IMG/VR virus record: IMGVR_UViG_3300043464_001367
Coordinates: 1 to 61,911 of that record
From: a virus
Taxonomy: Duplodnaviria > Caudoviricetes
DNA length: 61,911 nt
Direction: 5' to 3' (one strand)
A model generated the notes under the pieces. The model saw only the letters and a list, made by a program, of their open reading frames with translations. It was not told the origin of the DNA and searched no databases. The position numbers and the translations under genes are program-made. Numbering within the stretch: position 1 is the first letter of the stretch; each line of letters begins with the position of its first letter. Positions 38,335 to 49,496 of this stretch are shown here, piece by piece.

Positions 38335-38808
38335 ATGGCACTACAGAGTTTCAAAAATGTTGGAATCAGAGAGTTTCAACCTCAGAACGTCCTTTCCACT
38401 CCTCAGAGTATAACTCCGATTGGCATTAAAACGCCTGCAACACTAGGGGATAACGGCGATGGCATCCTGGCGATGTACACGAACATTCAAGATGTTGTGC
38501 ATGACAACTTGAAGAATCTCCTTCTTACCAACCATGGTGAAAGACTTGTTCACTATGACCTTGGTGCCAACCTTAGACCGCTGGTTGCTGACTTCTCATC
38601 CAAAGATGACTTTGATGGTGAAGCGATGATTCGTATCAACACAGCAGTTGCAAAGTGGATGCCATTTATCAACCTGGTTGGTTTTGACTCAAGACCTGAA
38701 TTCATTGACAACCGTTTTGTCGGAAAAATAGTTACTCTTTTGGTTTACAGCGTTCCTCAACTTGGAATCAATGAGCGAGCCCTGGAAGTCCTGTTGTTTG
38801 TTATTTAA
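38335..38808 (+). CDS. gp25: Baseplate protein gp25/GPW-like
   Basis: DNLKNLLLTNHGERLVHYDLGANLR..AVAKWMPFI; TACTTA at 38313-38318. Confidence 0.88.
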   Translation: MALQSFKNVGIREFQPQNVLSTPQSITPIGIKTPATLGDNGDGILAMYTNIQDVVHDNLKNLLLTNHGERLVHYDLGANLRPLVADFSSKDDFDGEAMIRINTAVAKWMPFINLVGFDSRPEFIDNRFVGKIVTLLVYSVPQLGINERALEVLLFVI

Positions 38809-38816
38809 GGTGTGTT

Positions 38817-40661
38817 ATGCCAGTAGACAGCCGAAACCAGTTGCTAAAAACAGTTAAGCAGAGAAAGTATCTGAACAAGGACTTTGATTCCTTTCGCTCG
38901 GATCTTTATGAGTATGCCAGGATTCACTTTCCTGACAGGATCAAGGACTTCTCAGAGACTTCTCTTGGCGGATTGTTTCTGGAGCTTGCTGCTTATGTTG
39001 GGGATGTTCAGTCATTCTACCTTGACTTCCAGTTTCACGAACTCAACCCTGAAACCGCAGTTGAAGCAAGAAACATCCAAGCACACATCGCAGCAGCAGG
39101 AGTGGAAATCGTTGGTTCTTCACCAGCGGTTGTGGATGTTGTTTTCTCCATTGAAGTTCCAGCAGACACAACGGTTAACCCACCTGTGCCTCTGGTAAGT
39201 GCAATGCCAATCGTTTATGCTGGTTCTCGTGTGCAAGCACAGAATGGAATCCAGTTTGAACTAACAAACGACATTGACTTTGCGGATCTTGACAACACTG
39301 GTGCTTTAAAAGCTTCTGTTAGGATTGCTAGTCGCAACAGCAACAATGAAGTTGTTAGTTTCATCTTGGAGAGAACCGAAACATGCATCTCTGGGTTTCG
39401 ATCCTCTGAGTCCTTCACGCTTAGTGGTTTTGAGGCATTCAAAAAAATCACACTTGCTCAAGAGAACATAACTCAGATTGTTTCTGTTCGTGATGCTCTT
39501 GGCAACACCTACTATGAAGTTGGATATCTTGCACAAGACACCATTTACAAAGCTCTGATCAACAGCAATGAAGATGGAGAGTTTGTCCAAGACAACCTAC
39601 AGATCGTTCCTTGCCCTTATCGCTTTATCAGAAATATGGCCATTGACACAAGACTGACAACACTGACGTTTGGAGGTGGGAATGCGGACAGCCTTGACAA
39701 TGACATCATTCCAGATCCTTCGCAGTTTGCACTTCCTCTGTATGGCAAACAGACTTTTCCTAGATTCACTCTCAACCCAACCAGTTTGTTGCAAACAACA
39801 AGCCTTGGTGTTGTGGGTTCAAACACAACACTAACAGTGGACTATCGTTATGGTGGTGGCTTGAGTCACAACATCGGTGTTGGTGCCATCAGCAACGTGA
39901 TCAATCTTGTGATAGGTTACCCACGATCACCCAACGCAACAATCGCAGCAGAGGTTAGACAGTCGCTTTCTGTTCGGAATGACAGAGAAGCTTCTGGAGG
40001 AGAAGATGCTCCAAATCTTGATGAACTGAAGTTGCGTGTTGGTGGAGCTCAGGCTGCACAGTCAAGAATTGTAACAAAGGAAGACCTTCTTGCTCGTGTT
40101 TATACGATGCCTGCAAACTTTGGAAGAGTGTTCAGAGCTTCGATCAGATCGAACCCAAACAACCCTCTTTCAAGTCTTCTGTACATCATCTCCAGAAACA
40201 GTTCTGGCTCTCTGATCATTTCACCAGACTCACTGAAGAAGAACCTTGCCAAGTATCTTAACTCCTACAGGATGATATCGGATGCGATTGACGTTCTTGA
40301 CGCTCAGGTGATCAACTTGCAGGTTGAGTTTGTGATCACTGTTGATCCAAACTACAACAGAGCCATTGTTCTAAACAACGTGTTGTCACGACTGAAGCAG
40401 TATTTCAACATCAAGTTTTTTGAGATTGATCAGCCCATCGTTCTGGATGACATCAGGAACATCATCTACAACAACAACGGAGTTCTAACACTGCAATCAC
40501 TCAATGTTAGAAACGCAACCGGATCAATTGGCACAAGAGTGTACAGTGATGTTCAGTTTGATCCGGCATCTAACACCAACAGAGGTTTGATCATTGGACC
40601 TCCTGGTTCTATTTTTGAGATCAGATACAAAGACAATGATTTGATCGGAAGTGTGGTGTGA
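38817..40661 (+). CDS. gp6: Baseplate wedge protein gp6 / baseplate J-like
   Basis: YLNKDFDSFR, DFSETSLGGLFLELAAYVGD, LTFGGG, ASGGED, QSRIVTKED. Confidence 0.88.
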   Translation: MPVDSRNQLLKTVKQRKYLNKDFDSFRSDLYEYARIHFPDRIKDFSETSLGGLFLELAAYVGDVQSFYLDFQFHELNPETAVEARNIQAHIAAAGVEIVGSSPAVVDVVFSIEVPADTTVNPPVPLVSAMPIVYAGSRVQAQNGIQFELTNDIDFADLDNTGALKASVRIASRNSNNEVVSFILERTETCISGFRSSESFTLSGFEAFKKITLAQENITQIVSVRDALGNTYYEVGYLAQDTIYKALINSNEDGEFVQDNLQIVPCPYRFIRNMAIDTRLTTLTFGGGNADSLDNDIIPDPSQFALPLYGKQTFPRFTLNPTSLLQTTSLGVVGSNTTLTVDYRYGGGLSHNIGVGAISNVINLVIGYPRSPNATIAAEVRQSLSVRNDREASGGEDAPNLDELKLRVGGAQAAQSRIVTKEDLLARVYTMPANFGRVFRASIRSNPNNPLSSLLYIISRNSSGSLIISPDSLKKNLAKYLNSYRMISDAIDVLDAQVINLQVEFVITVDPNYNRAIVLNNVLSRLKQYFNIKFFEIDQPIVLDDIRNIIYNNNGVLTLQSLNVRNATGSIGTRVYSDVQFDPASNTNRGLIIGPPGSIFEIRYKDNDLIGSVV

Positions 40662-40662
40662 T

Positions 40663-42195
40663 ATGTACAGAGTTCTCAACGTTCTAAAAGACAGCTACAT
40701 CACAAACAAACTCATTGCTGGTTCTGGTTCAATCTCTTCCAATGTTGGACAAGCAGGCACTCTTGATCTGTTCAAGATCTGGTCACAAACAACTTCTGGC
40801 AGCACACCAACCATTGAGAAATCAAGAGTTCTGGTTAAACCAGACATTGCAACGATCCAAGCACTCACAGCATCAGCCCTTGACATATCAGACCCATCCT
40901 TCAGGTGCTATCTCTCACTCAAAGATGTCTATGGAGGTCAAACAACACCATCAAACTTCACACTGTCTTTGCTTCCACTGTCAAAGTCATGGGATGAAGG
41001 TCGTGGAAGCGATGTGGTGGCTTTTAGAGACTTGGATGCAGTCAACTGGGTCACCGCATCGGTCAGCAACGGATCGGCCTCTGCGTGGGCTGTTACGGGT
41101 GCTGGCGGGGCAGGTTCAGACTACATTACTGGATACGAAGTCAACCAAACGTTCCAACGTGGCGATGAAGACTTGTTGATGGATGTAACAACCATGGTGA
41201 GCGCAACCATTGCTGGTTTGTTGCCGGATTGTGGTTGGAGGCTTTCTTACACTGGGTCTTTGGAAGACGACAACTACAGTTATTTTGTTAAGAGATTTGG
41301 CAGCAGGCACACATCCAATCAAAGCCTACATCCCAAGCTACTGGTTTTGTTTTCTGACTACATCCAAGACGATGGCAACCAAGCGGTGTTTGGAAGTTCA
41401 AACACGATCAGAGTCTATAACTCTGTAAGAGGGCAATATGCCAACTTTGTTTCTGGAAGCTCTCAAGTCACAGGGTCAAACTCTCTTAAACTTCTGTTGG
41501 TTTCTTCAAAGAGCGTGAACATAACAACTTCATCGTGGCAACAGAACTTCTCTGCATCTGTGACTTATACAACTCAGAGCTTCTCTTATTTCTCAGAGAG
41601 TTTCTCTGCTTCTCTCTCCTCTACTGGTTATGTTCCACTTAACGGATATTACCATGCCACAGTGAACATGAACCCTCAAGCAACAGCCAGCTTGGCTTCG
41701 TTCCTTGGTTCAGACAAGACTGCTGTTTTCCAGAGCTACTGGACGAGTCTTGACGGAACAGTGCTTTACAGTTCTGGGGCTTGGCTTACCTTCAAACTAC
41801 CAGAGATCTCTGAAGCAGTTGGAGCAGAGCGCAACTTTGTTTTGAACGTTACCAACCTGAAAACACAATATCCTCAAGGACAACAGGTTCGTTTCAAGGT
41901 TTTTGTGCAGGACAGGAACACAGAGTTGCCAGCGTTCCATCTTCCAACTCCATCAAAGTCCCTGATCTTGAACAACATCTGTTGGAGGTTGATCAACGCT
42001 TACTCCAAGAAAGTTGTCATACCTTTTGATTCCACTTACACACGCCTTTCCTCGGATGGCGTCAGCATGTACTTTGACATCCACATGTCTGATCTTGATT
42101 CGCAAGTGGTTTACGAACTTGAATTCCAAATCAATGAACACAACAGAAACTACTTCATCGCAAATGAAGGTTTCAAGTTTAAAGTGGTGCCATAA
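40663..42195 (+). CDS. Virion structural protein (baseplate/tail)
   Basis: SKSWDEGRG, HPKLLV; Ser/Thr-rich; context. Confidence 0.65.
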   Translation: MYRVLNVLKDSYITNKLIAGSGSISSNVGQAGTLDLFKIWSQTTSGSTPTIEKSRVLVKPDIATIQALTASALDISDPSFRCYLSLKDVYGGQTTPSNFTLSLLPLSKSWDEGRGSDVVAFRDLDAVNWVTASVSNGSASAWAVTGAGGAGSDYITGYEVNQTFQRGDEDLLMDVTTMVSATIAGLLPDCGWRLSYTGSLEDDNYSYFVKRFGSRHTSNQSLHPKLLVLFSDYIQDDGNQAVFGSSNTIRVYNSVRGQYANFVSGSSQVTGSNSLKLLLVSSKSVNITTSSWQQNFSASVTYTTQSFSYFSESFSASLSSTGYVPLNGYYHATVNMNPQATASLASFLGSDKTAVFQSYWTSLDGTVLYSSGAWLTFKLPEISEAVGAERNFVLNVTNLKTQYPQGQQVRFKVFVQDRNTELPAFHLPTPSKSLILNNICWRLINAYSKKVVIPFDSTYTRLSSDGVSMYFDIHMSDLDSQVVYELEFQINEHNRNYFIANEGFKFKVVP

Positions 42196-45100
42196 TGCCT
42201 GATGCAAAGAACCTACGTCAGAACCGTCCGTTGTTGTTCTCTCCATCGGTTGTTAGACAGATCCAGCAGAACGACATGGCTGGAACTGGATTTCAACGTG
42301 TTGATTTTGAGTCGCTTTCCTCATCGTCAATGGACAACACAGGCTCATTCAGATACAACCTGATGGGTGATGGCTTGAAGTCAACTCAGCAGTTGAACAT
42401 TGACTGGTCGGTTTTCGAAAACCACACGTTTTTCAACAGTGCCCACGTTAAAACGAACGTGGCCTTCAGGAAGATCTTTGATCAGTTTCCATTTGATGGA
42501 ACAAAAGCTGAGTTTGAAGTGTTTCTTGATGGACTCTCTGGATTTGAGAAGTATGTCTATGACCAGTTCCCTAAAAACAAAGGTTACTTGTTTCTTTCAG
42601 GAACAACCACTGGTGAGGTTGGTCTGAGTGGTACGTTTGTAACAGCGAAAGATGTTGCTGGTGTAGCTTATCCAGGTGTGTCTAGGAATCTCACAGGTCA
42701 ATCCATACTGAATCCACAGTTGAGTCCGATGACGGTTGAGTTTCAACTCTACAGTCCACCGCTCTCCAATGGCAACTCTTATGTGATGAACAAAACCAGC
42801 TATACTGCTGTTAGTGGAACACATGGTTTTGCAGTGTTGCAGCAAAGTGGATCAGCTGGCACAGGGTCATTAGACTTTGCTTGCTTCTCAGGAAGTTATG
42901 TGATCAGTGCCTCGGTCCCTTATTCAAAAGGAACCTGGAACCACTTCGCCTTTGTTTGGGATCGGTCTGCTGGGGTTCAAAAGATCAATGCTTACTTGAA
43001 CGGAGCATTTGTTGCAAGTTCAAGTCGCGTTGAACTTGGAGCGATGAACATGGACAGTGCCGACTTCCTTGTTGGTTCTGGTTCAGCAATTCCATTGTTT
43101 ACTCCGTCAACCACCTTGAGTGGAGCTATTGATGAGATTAGAATCTGGCACACAGCAAGAACGCAGCAAGAACGCGATGAACATCAAAAAAAGTCTGTGT
43201 TTGCACAGTCTGGTTTGAAACTGTATTACAAGTTCAACGAGGCGTCAGGTTCACAAACACCTATTGTTCTTGATCACTCCAGCAACTCTCTTCACGGCAC
43301 CATCTCAACCTGGGCACAAACCAGGAACATCAGAAATGTTGCAACCGGCTCTGTTGCTGGTGAAAGTCCAATGACCTATGAACTCCTGGCAAGCAACCCT
43401 GTTCTGTTTCCACTTCACCCAGACGTGGAAGATTTGAACAACAGTCTTCTTGCTGATGCCGAAGAGTTTGATCAGGTTAACCCAAACAGAATAGACAGGT
43501 TGATTCCAAAGCACTACCTGCTTCAAGGACAGGAGCAAGACGGCCTCTCAACCGAAGAAGGCACAATCATTGACGCTCTGGTTTCCAATGGCTCCACTCC
43601 TGATACTGCCAAGCTTGGAAACACTCAGGTTATTCTGATGCTTCTTTACACCTGGGCCAAGTTCTTTGACGAGATGAAGCTCTACACTCAAGCGTTTGGA
43701 GACATGATCCACCTTGACTATGATTCAACTGACACAATCCCAGATGCTTTTCTGCATCTGTTTGCTCAGAGATTCGGAATAACACTTCCACCTTTGTTCA
43801 CTGGTGCAAACATTGCACAGTTCATCAACGCAGAGAATCTTGATCGTGAGACTAGTACGAGTTCTTACTCTTTGCAGTATGTTCAAAACCAGATCTGGCG
43901 AAGAATATTGCTGAACATTCAGGACATTCTGAAATCAAAGGGAACAATTCACTCTGTCAAGACCTTTATCAGATCAGTTGGTATTGAACCTGACAACAAC
44001 TTTAGAATCAGAGAGTTTGGTGGCCCAACAGCAAAGGCGCTTGCAAACGTTCGTGAAAACAGGAGTGAAATTAGTTCCCTGATCAGTTTTGCACAAGGTG
44101 GACGAATTCAGTCTTCCTACCTTTCTGGTTCAAGACTGCAAACAGAAACGGGATTCCCTTATTTTCCACCTGGCACGGTGTTTTTAAACGGTGTAGACAC
44201 AAACCCAAATGATGGTTTGTTTACAAGTGGTTCATGGACGTTTGAAGGTGCATATCGTTTCCCATCAGGAAGTAACCTGAGCAGTTTGACTCAGAGTTTG
44301 CTTCGCATTGAAACAACTGGTTCTTTGGGTGGGTTTGTGGTTGGCAACCTTCTTGCAACCCAAAATGGAGCGGTTGAGTTTGCATTCTGTCCAAACTCTT
44401 TGACAGCAAACACGTTGACTCTAACAGTGCCAGTGGACTTGTTTGACGGAGATGTGTGGAGCGTCTGCATTGGAAGACAGAGAGCAGACGAGATATTCTC
44501 TAATGTGTCTTCTTCTTACTTCTTGCGTGCTGCTAAACAGAACTTTGGCGAGATCACAGAGATCAAGACAACTTCATCTTTTGTTGATGAACAACAGGGT
44601 GGCACAGGAGTTGTTGTTTGGTCTTCTCTGTCATCTTCCTTCAATGCTTCTGGTAGTTTTCTTGCTATAGGAGCTAGCACGATCAGCACAGGACCACACT
44701 TCCTGAATTCATCTTCTTATGATGGGTTCTATCGTTCATCTGCCTTTGAAGGGCGAGCAGGTCATTTCAGGTTTTGGTCCAAGGCTCTTTCGGAATCAGA
44801 GTGGACAGAGCATGTTAAGAACTTCAAGTCTCTTGGTGTTGCAAACCCTCTGACAAACTTCAACTTTGTTACAAACCGAACAGGTTCTTTTGAACGCCTG
44901 AGAATGGATGCAACCTCGGATCAAACCGATGTGTCTTCAAGTGCTTCAGGATATCTGGAGATCAAAGATTTCTCACAGAACAACAAGCACTGGTCTGGTA
45001 GTTTTGCAGCAACAAGCTCCATCATAGTTCCTCAGTTGTTTCAGTACAGTTTGCTGTCACCCAAGTTTGATGTTGGGTCAACAACTGACAAGGTGCGTGT

Positions 45101-45620
45101 CAGAAGCTTCCAGAGCTTCGAGAACACCCTGAGTTCTTCCTATGCACAGATAGCCCCAGTCTATGCCTTGGAGCCTTCAGAGAGGCCGCTAGACAACACA
45201 AGGTTCACGATTGACTTTTCAATCGTGGATGCGCTTGACCAAGACATCATCAACATATTCTCCAGTTTGGATCTGCTTGACAACGTGATTGGAAATCCAG
45301 AGTTGATGTTCTCACCAGACTATCCAGACTTGGAGAACCTGAGAAACATCTACTTCAACCGCCTAACAGACATGGTGAACCTGAAGGGGTTCTTTGAGTT
45401 CTACAAGTGGTTTGACACCAACCTTGGGCAATTCATTGCACAGTTGGTTCCAAAGAAGACAAAGTTTCTTGGAACAAACTTTGTGATTGAATCTCACATG
45501 CTGGAACGTCCAAAGATGGAATATTTCTTTTCCGATATCTATCTTGGAGATAGCACAAGACATGCACTGAAAGACACCATCCTGTTTCAGCAGTTTGTTG
45601 CGTCAATATCCAGGTTTTAA
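42195..45620 (+). CDS. Baseplate wedge (gp7-like) protein with LamG/concanavalin-like domains
   Basis: WNHFAFVWD..YLNG..SGAIDEIRIW..LKLYYKFNE (LamG); ILKSKGTIHSVK. Confidence 0.75.
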   Translation: MPDAKNLRQNRPLLFSPSVVRQIQQNDMAGTGFQRVDFESLSSSSMDNTGSFRYNLMGDGLKSTQQLNIDWSVFENHTFFNSAHVKTNVAFRKIFDQFPFDGTKAEFEVFLDGLSGFEKYVYDQFPKNKGYLFLSGTTTGEVGLSGTFVTAKDVAGVAYPGVSRNLTGQSILNPQLSPMTVEFQLYSPPLSNGNSYVMNKTSYTAVSGTHGFAVLQQSGSAGTGSLDFACFSGSYVISASVPYSKGTWNHFAFVWDRSAGVQKINAYLNGAFVASSSRVELGAMNMDSADFLVGSGSAIPLFTPSTTLSGAIDEIRIWHTARTQQERDEHQKKSVFAQSGLKLYYKFNEASGSQTPIVLDHSSNSLHGTISTWAQTRNIRNVATGSVAGESPMTYELLASNPVLFPLHPDVEDLNNSLLADAEEFDQVNPNRIDRLIPKHYLLQGQEQDGLSTEEGTIIDALVSNGSTPDTAKLGNTQVILMLLYTWAKFFDEMKLYTQAFGDMIHLDYDSTDTIPDAFLHLFAQRFGITLPPLFTGANIAQFINAENLDRETSTSSYSLQYVQNQIWRRILLNIQDILKSKGTIHSVKTFIRSVGIEPDNNFRIREFGGPTAKALANVRENRSEISSLISFAQGGRIQSSYLSGSRLQTETGFPYFPPGTVFLNGVDTNPNDGLFTSGSWTFEGAYRFPSGSNLSSLTQSLLRIETTGSLGGFVVGNLLATQNGAVEFAFCPNSLTANTLTLTVPVDLFDGDVWSVCIGRQRADEIFSNVSSSYFLRAAKQNFGEITEIKTTSSFVDEQQGGTGVVVWSSLSSSFNASGSFLAIGASTISTGPHFLNSSSYDGFYRSSAFEGRAGHFRFWSKALSESEWTEHVKNFKSLGVANPLTNFNFVTNRTGSFERLRMDATSDQTDVSSSASGYLEIKDFSQNNKHWSGSFAATSSIIVPQLFQYSLLSPKFDVGSTTDKVRVRSFQSFENTLSSSYAQIAPVYALEPSERPLDNTRFTIDFSIVDALDQDIINIFSSLDLLDNVIGNPELMFSPDYPDLENLRNIYFNRLTDMVNLKGFFEFYKWFDTNLGQFIAQLVPKKTKFLGTNFVIESHMLERPKMEYFFSDIYLGDSTRHALKDTILFQQFVASISRF

Positions 45621-45640
45621 AGGGCAAAGGAAAGAACAAC

Positions 45641-46459
45641 ATGGTTTATGCTCCTTATGATGATACCCAAACCCAGGTCAGAGCCCCACAGCCAACAGAA
45701 AACGGTTACAACACTTCTGGGTGGGACTTGTACCGTCAAGGGGTCGAGATAACCACAGACAAGATGAGATTTCTTGGCTCTCAGCCAAAGATCTGGTCTG
45801 GTGAGATAAGCGGTTATACCAGCGTTGTTACATATGGACAGAACCCAGGAGCTATTGATGGCAATGCGCTTGGTTTGAATTCCAAGTTTGAAGACATGCC
45901 AAAGTTCAGTCCAGTTGCCTTTATTGAGCTAGGCACCGCATACCCACTTCCCATTGTCTTTAATGATGGTCCATCTGAAGAGAATGAAGCCACGATAGAG
46001 CCTTTGACGATTCCATTCAAGAAACCCACAAACGAAGGACCATATTATGCTCATGCGGTTAGAGGTTCTTTTGAAGATGGCAACACCGAAGGGCATGTGA
46101 TTAAGTCTTCCAATCCTGTTGAGCAGTTCATTGACCTAAGACCTTTTATAGATTCAAGGTTTTTTCTTGATGAAGGTGCTGACTACTTTGGCAACATGCC
46201 ACGAGAACCATTTGTGGCAGATGTAGGGTATGCTGCTGTTCCTTACGACGATACCAGAACTTTCTCCATAGATAAAAAACTAACAACAACAAGTTCAACG
46301 ATCAAACAGATTGCTTCAGATGGTTCGGAAACTGGCGAAGTTGGACTGTTGCCATATGGCAAAAAATCAGCCTGTGCGGGCTTCAGTTCTTATGGTTTGA
46401 ATGCTGGTCAATATGGAACTGATTCTGTCGCTTTCATGGGCTGGGGGCTGGGAAGTTAA
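45641..46459 (+). CDS. Hypothetical structural protein
   Basis: Tail module context, AAGGA RBS. Confidence 0.65.
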   Translation: MVYAPYDDTQTQVRAPQPTENGYNTSGWDLYRQGVEITTDKMRFLGSQPKIWSGEISGYTSVVTYGQNPGAIDGNALGLNSKFEDMPKFSPVAFIELGTAYPLPIVFNDGPSEENEATIEPLTIPFKKPTNEGPYYAHAVRGSFEDGNTEGHVIKSSNPVEQFIDLRPFIDSRFFLDEGADYFGNMPREPFVADVGYAAVPYDDTRTFSIDKKLTTTSSTIKQIASDGSETGEVGLLPYGKKSACAGFSSYGLNAGQYGTDSVAFMGWGLGS

Positions 46460-46464
46460 ACAAT

Positions 46465-46935
46465 ATGCCTAGAGTGCTGAAAAAAACAAGAATCAAGTGG
46501 TTGCCTCCTAAGATACAGCTTCGCAACACCGAAGCACTTACGGGCTCGTTTCCAACACATGTCAGGATTTCTTCTGACAACAGAACGGGCAACTATGCAA
46601 CTCGGTTTGATGACACAACCACGGTTGTTTTCAACTCGGTGACTTCTGGTTCTGATGGGTTGGTTATGCCAACCGGCTTGCCAGCTTCAAACAAGGCTTT
46701 GTTTCGCTACGATCAAACAGGTTCGTTTGTCAGGAATGAAGAGTTGTCATCCAGCATCAATGTGTCTGGTGTTGTCAGAAAAGGCATTGGAGATGGTTTT
46801 CTAACATTTGGCTCTGGTCAGGAAATCCAACCTTTCAGAGATGATGCCAATCCAGCCGTTGATGGTCTTTCACAAGGCAATTCGTTCTATGCAACAGGTA
46901 GCAAACTGAGTGACGTAGGAGAAGGTTTTGATTGA
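46465..46935 (+). CDS. Structural protein, possibly 5' part of a split gene
   Basis: Ends GEGFD-stop, overlapping the next ORF in the +1 frame. Confidence 0.6.
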   Translation: MPRVLKKTRIKWLPPKIQLRNTEALTGSFPTHVRISSDNRTGNYATRFDDTTTVVFNSVTSGSDGLVMPTGLPASNKALFRYDQTGSFVRNEELSSSINVSGVVRKGIGDGFLTFGSGQEIQPFRDDANPAVDGLSQGNSFYATGSKLSDVGEGFD

Positions 46936-48166
46936 TCTGACACCATCGTCTTCCAATTCGTTTTTCATCAAGAACTATTCAAGTGCAAGCAACAACTTTC
47001 CAATGGCTTACTGGAACAAGTCTAGAAAACTATGGGAAGGCATCGGTAACGGAAACGAGTTTGGACTTTACACTGTTGGAAGTCAGTCGGATTTTGAAGC
47101 CCTGTGTGAAGATCAGTGCATTGGATTCGGCAATGGTTTGAACCAAGGCGGCAGCAGCATTGTGGATTATTCTGCTGGTGCCAAGGTCAGCAACTTTGGT
47201 TTCCCTTATCATGTGAAGTACCACGCTACGTCATCCAATGAGATTGACATGTCTTCTTACATCTCTTCTCCTTTCCTTCTAGAAAAGATAGTTCTGGAAT
47301 GGAGTGGGTCCATTGTGTTCAACAACACCCTGTTTGGTAGTGTCACATCATATACGGTTTGCACGTTCTTTATTCTTAATCAGAGAAAGCCTTTCGGATT
47401 TAACAGTGACAACGTTCAGGAGTTTGTTTACAGAACTGCTGATCAGCGAACACACTATCTTGTGACAGGAGCTCAGATCCCGTCAAGCTACAATGGCGGC
47501 GAAAACCGCAACACAGTAAGAGAGCTTGTTACCTATGCGCAGGTTGTTGGATTTGGCGAACTAACAGATGATACCCAGATCGCAAGAGCAAGTCGTGAAC
47601 TCAACCTGTTCCATGGAAACACGGTCATGACAGGTGCCAATGGTGCATGGTCAGGACGTTTTGCCATGTCCGGTACTGTGAAGAATGATTTGCCTAATGA
47701 TGGCATTAGCTCCATCCAGATAGGGGATGATGACGCAGGAGCATCAGCATTGATGCTGATAAATAAAAACAGCACAAGATCCGGGTTGTTTACTCCTGGG
47801 GGTCGTGACTTTCTGGGTGCCCTTGAAAAAGGAAGTGTTCTGGAAGTAAACAGCGTACTGGAAGGGCCACCTGGGTCTGGAGATCCAGTGGGGTATGCAA
47901 CTATTTTGGATCGGTATTCAAAACCAAACCCTTATCTGCTGCATCCAACTGATAAACTTGTTTTCGGTTGGCAGTTGCCGGTTGCCAACCGAATCAACTC
48001 TTCTTTTGGATATCCTCAATACGACGGAAGAGGAACTGAGTTGACCTTTGCGCCTGTGCCTTCAAAGATTACTTTCTACGGATCAATGGTTGCTGAGTCA
48101 AAAGAGTTTCACGACACACTGAATCAGTTGTTGTCTTCTGTATCTATCCATGAAGTTATTGGTTGA
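46928..48166 (+). CDS. Structural protein, possibly 3' part of a split gene
   Basis: TTG start within TTTTGATTGAT junction. Confidence 0.6.
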   Translation: MIDLTPSSSNSFFIKNYSSASNNFPMAYWNKSRKLWEGIGNGNEFGLYTVGSQSDFEALCEDQCIGFGNGLNQGGSSIVDYSAGAKVSNFGFPYHVKYHATSSNEIDMSSYISSPFLLEKIVLEWSGSIVFNNTLFGSVTSYTVCTFFILNQRKPFGFNSDNVQEFVYRTADQRTHYLVTGAQIPSSYNGGENRNTVRELVTYAQVVGFGELTDDTQIARASRELNLFHGNTVMTGANGAWSGRFAMSGTVKNDLPNDGISSIQIGDDDAGASALMLINKNSTRSGLFTPGGRDFLGALEKGSVLEVNSVLEGPPGSGDPVGYATILDRYSKPNPYLLHPTDKLVFGWQLPVANRINSSFGYPQYDGRGTELTFAPVPSKITFYGSMVAESKEFHDTLNQLLSSVSIHEVIG

Positions 48167-48169
48167 ACA

Positions 48170-49456
48170 ATGTCACACAGAACTACTGACCAGTTTGAAA
48201 CAGAGCCTAATAGTTTTTACAGTGGCAGCTACACTGATGGAATCTATCAGGGATCACTATGGGATTCTCGTGGTAGGATAAGAGTTGCATCAAAGAGCAG
48301 CGGATCAGTTGAGTTGATGTATGCAAGATATTATTCTGACTATGTTGACCACAGCGGTTCAAACAGAACCAGGAGTCTTGGAGTTGACACGAGATTTCGT
48401 TCTTTTATTTCAACAAATGAGCTCTATCAAGATACGATCCTTCCTGACATCCATGAAGCGTTTCTGGTCAACCAAGGCATTCCAACTCTTTCAATAACTG
48501 AAGCTGGCATATACCCTGTTATCCTTGAAAGAGGTGGTTCTGGCAACCCTGTTGGTAAGCTGGTGTTTGCAACTTACGGAACAACCGCTTCTTATCCAAA
48601 CGGATCAAACGTGTCTGATTCAACTTGGTTCTCTTCTTATCCGTTTCAAGGTCGTTACAGGAACGTTCGTAGAAACGTCCCAGCATCCGTGTCTAAGTTC
48701 AACGTTGCGTTTCCAGCTTCGGAATCACAAGTTTCATACGGAAATGTCGCAAAATACGGAGTTAATGAGCAAACAGACAAGGTGGGTGTTCTTGCAACGG
48801 TTTCAGTCTTGCTTCCGAGAATCAGTTTATTCTATCCACCAGCAACTGGGATAACTCAGACAGAGCCGTTGCGCTACACGATGCTTGACGTTACTGGATC
48901 GGTTTCGGCTGTGAATGGCACGTTTCTAGGGAATGGTTCTGCTTTGTTCCCACCACCATCTTCAGGAATCTATGGAGTTGGGTTTGGCACAGTAAGACCG
49001 CAAGAAAAGCAGTTGATCAAACTTGTCTATGGGTTTGGTGACTTCTTCAATGGTGTGGCCATGATGGAAACTGCTGTTACATCCAGCAAACTACAGACTA
49101 CTGTTGGTGTTTGCAACAACTTCTATGCACCATCTGCTGAGATCCGTGGATGGCGTTATGGCGTTGTCAGTGGTTTTCCTTTTTATACCACCTGCATTTT
49201 CAGAAGCAGTCGCTATGGGCAGTTCAGGGACATGCTTGAACAGAGAAAAACCACCAAGTTCTTTGATCCACAAGGTTTGACCATGGACGGAAAGAACAAT
49301 GCCAAAAAAGGAGCAACCAGTGCAGTTGTTCAAGTGGCATTCGTGAGTGGTTCTGACGCCTTCGTAACATCCAGCAACCCATCAGTTTTAAACCTGACTG
49401 ATTCGGGAATCTATGACTTTGAATGCAAGGCCGGTCGTCCTTGGTATGATGTTTGA
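48170..49456 (+). CDS. Hypothetical structural protein
   Basis: 428 aa; FRSSRYGQFRDMLEQR; tail module context. Confidence 0.7.
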   Translation: MSHRTTDQFETEPNSFYSGSYTDGIYQGSLWDSRGRIRVASKSSGSVELMYARYYSDYVDHSGSNRTRSLGVDTRFRSFISTNELYQDTILPDIHEAFLVNQGIPTLSITEAGIYPVILERGGSGNPVGKLVFATYGTTASYPNGSNVSDSTWFSSYPFQGRYRNVRRNVPASVSKFNVAFPASESQVSYGNVAKYGVNEQTDKVGVLATVSVLLPRISLFYPPATGITQTEPLRYTMLDVTGSVSAVNGTFLGNGSALFPPPSSGIYGVGFGTVRPQEKQLIKLVYGFGDFFNGVAMMETAVTSSKLQTTVGVCNNFYAPSAEIRGWRYGVVSGFPFYTTCIFRSSRYGQFRDMLEQRKTTKFFDPQGLTMDGKNNAKKGATSAVVQVAFVSGSDAFVTSSNPSVLNLTDSGIYDFECKAGRPWYDV

Positions 49457-49496
49457 TAGGCCAAAATGAGTTTTTCAACTCAGGCTACTTAGCATC

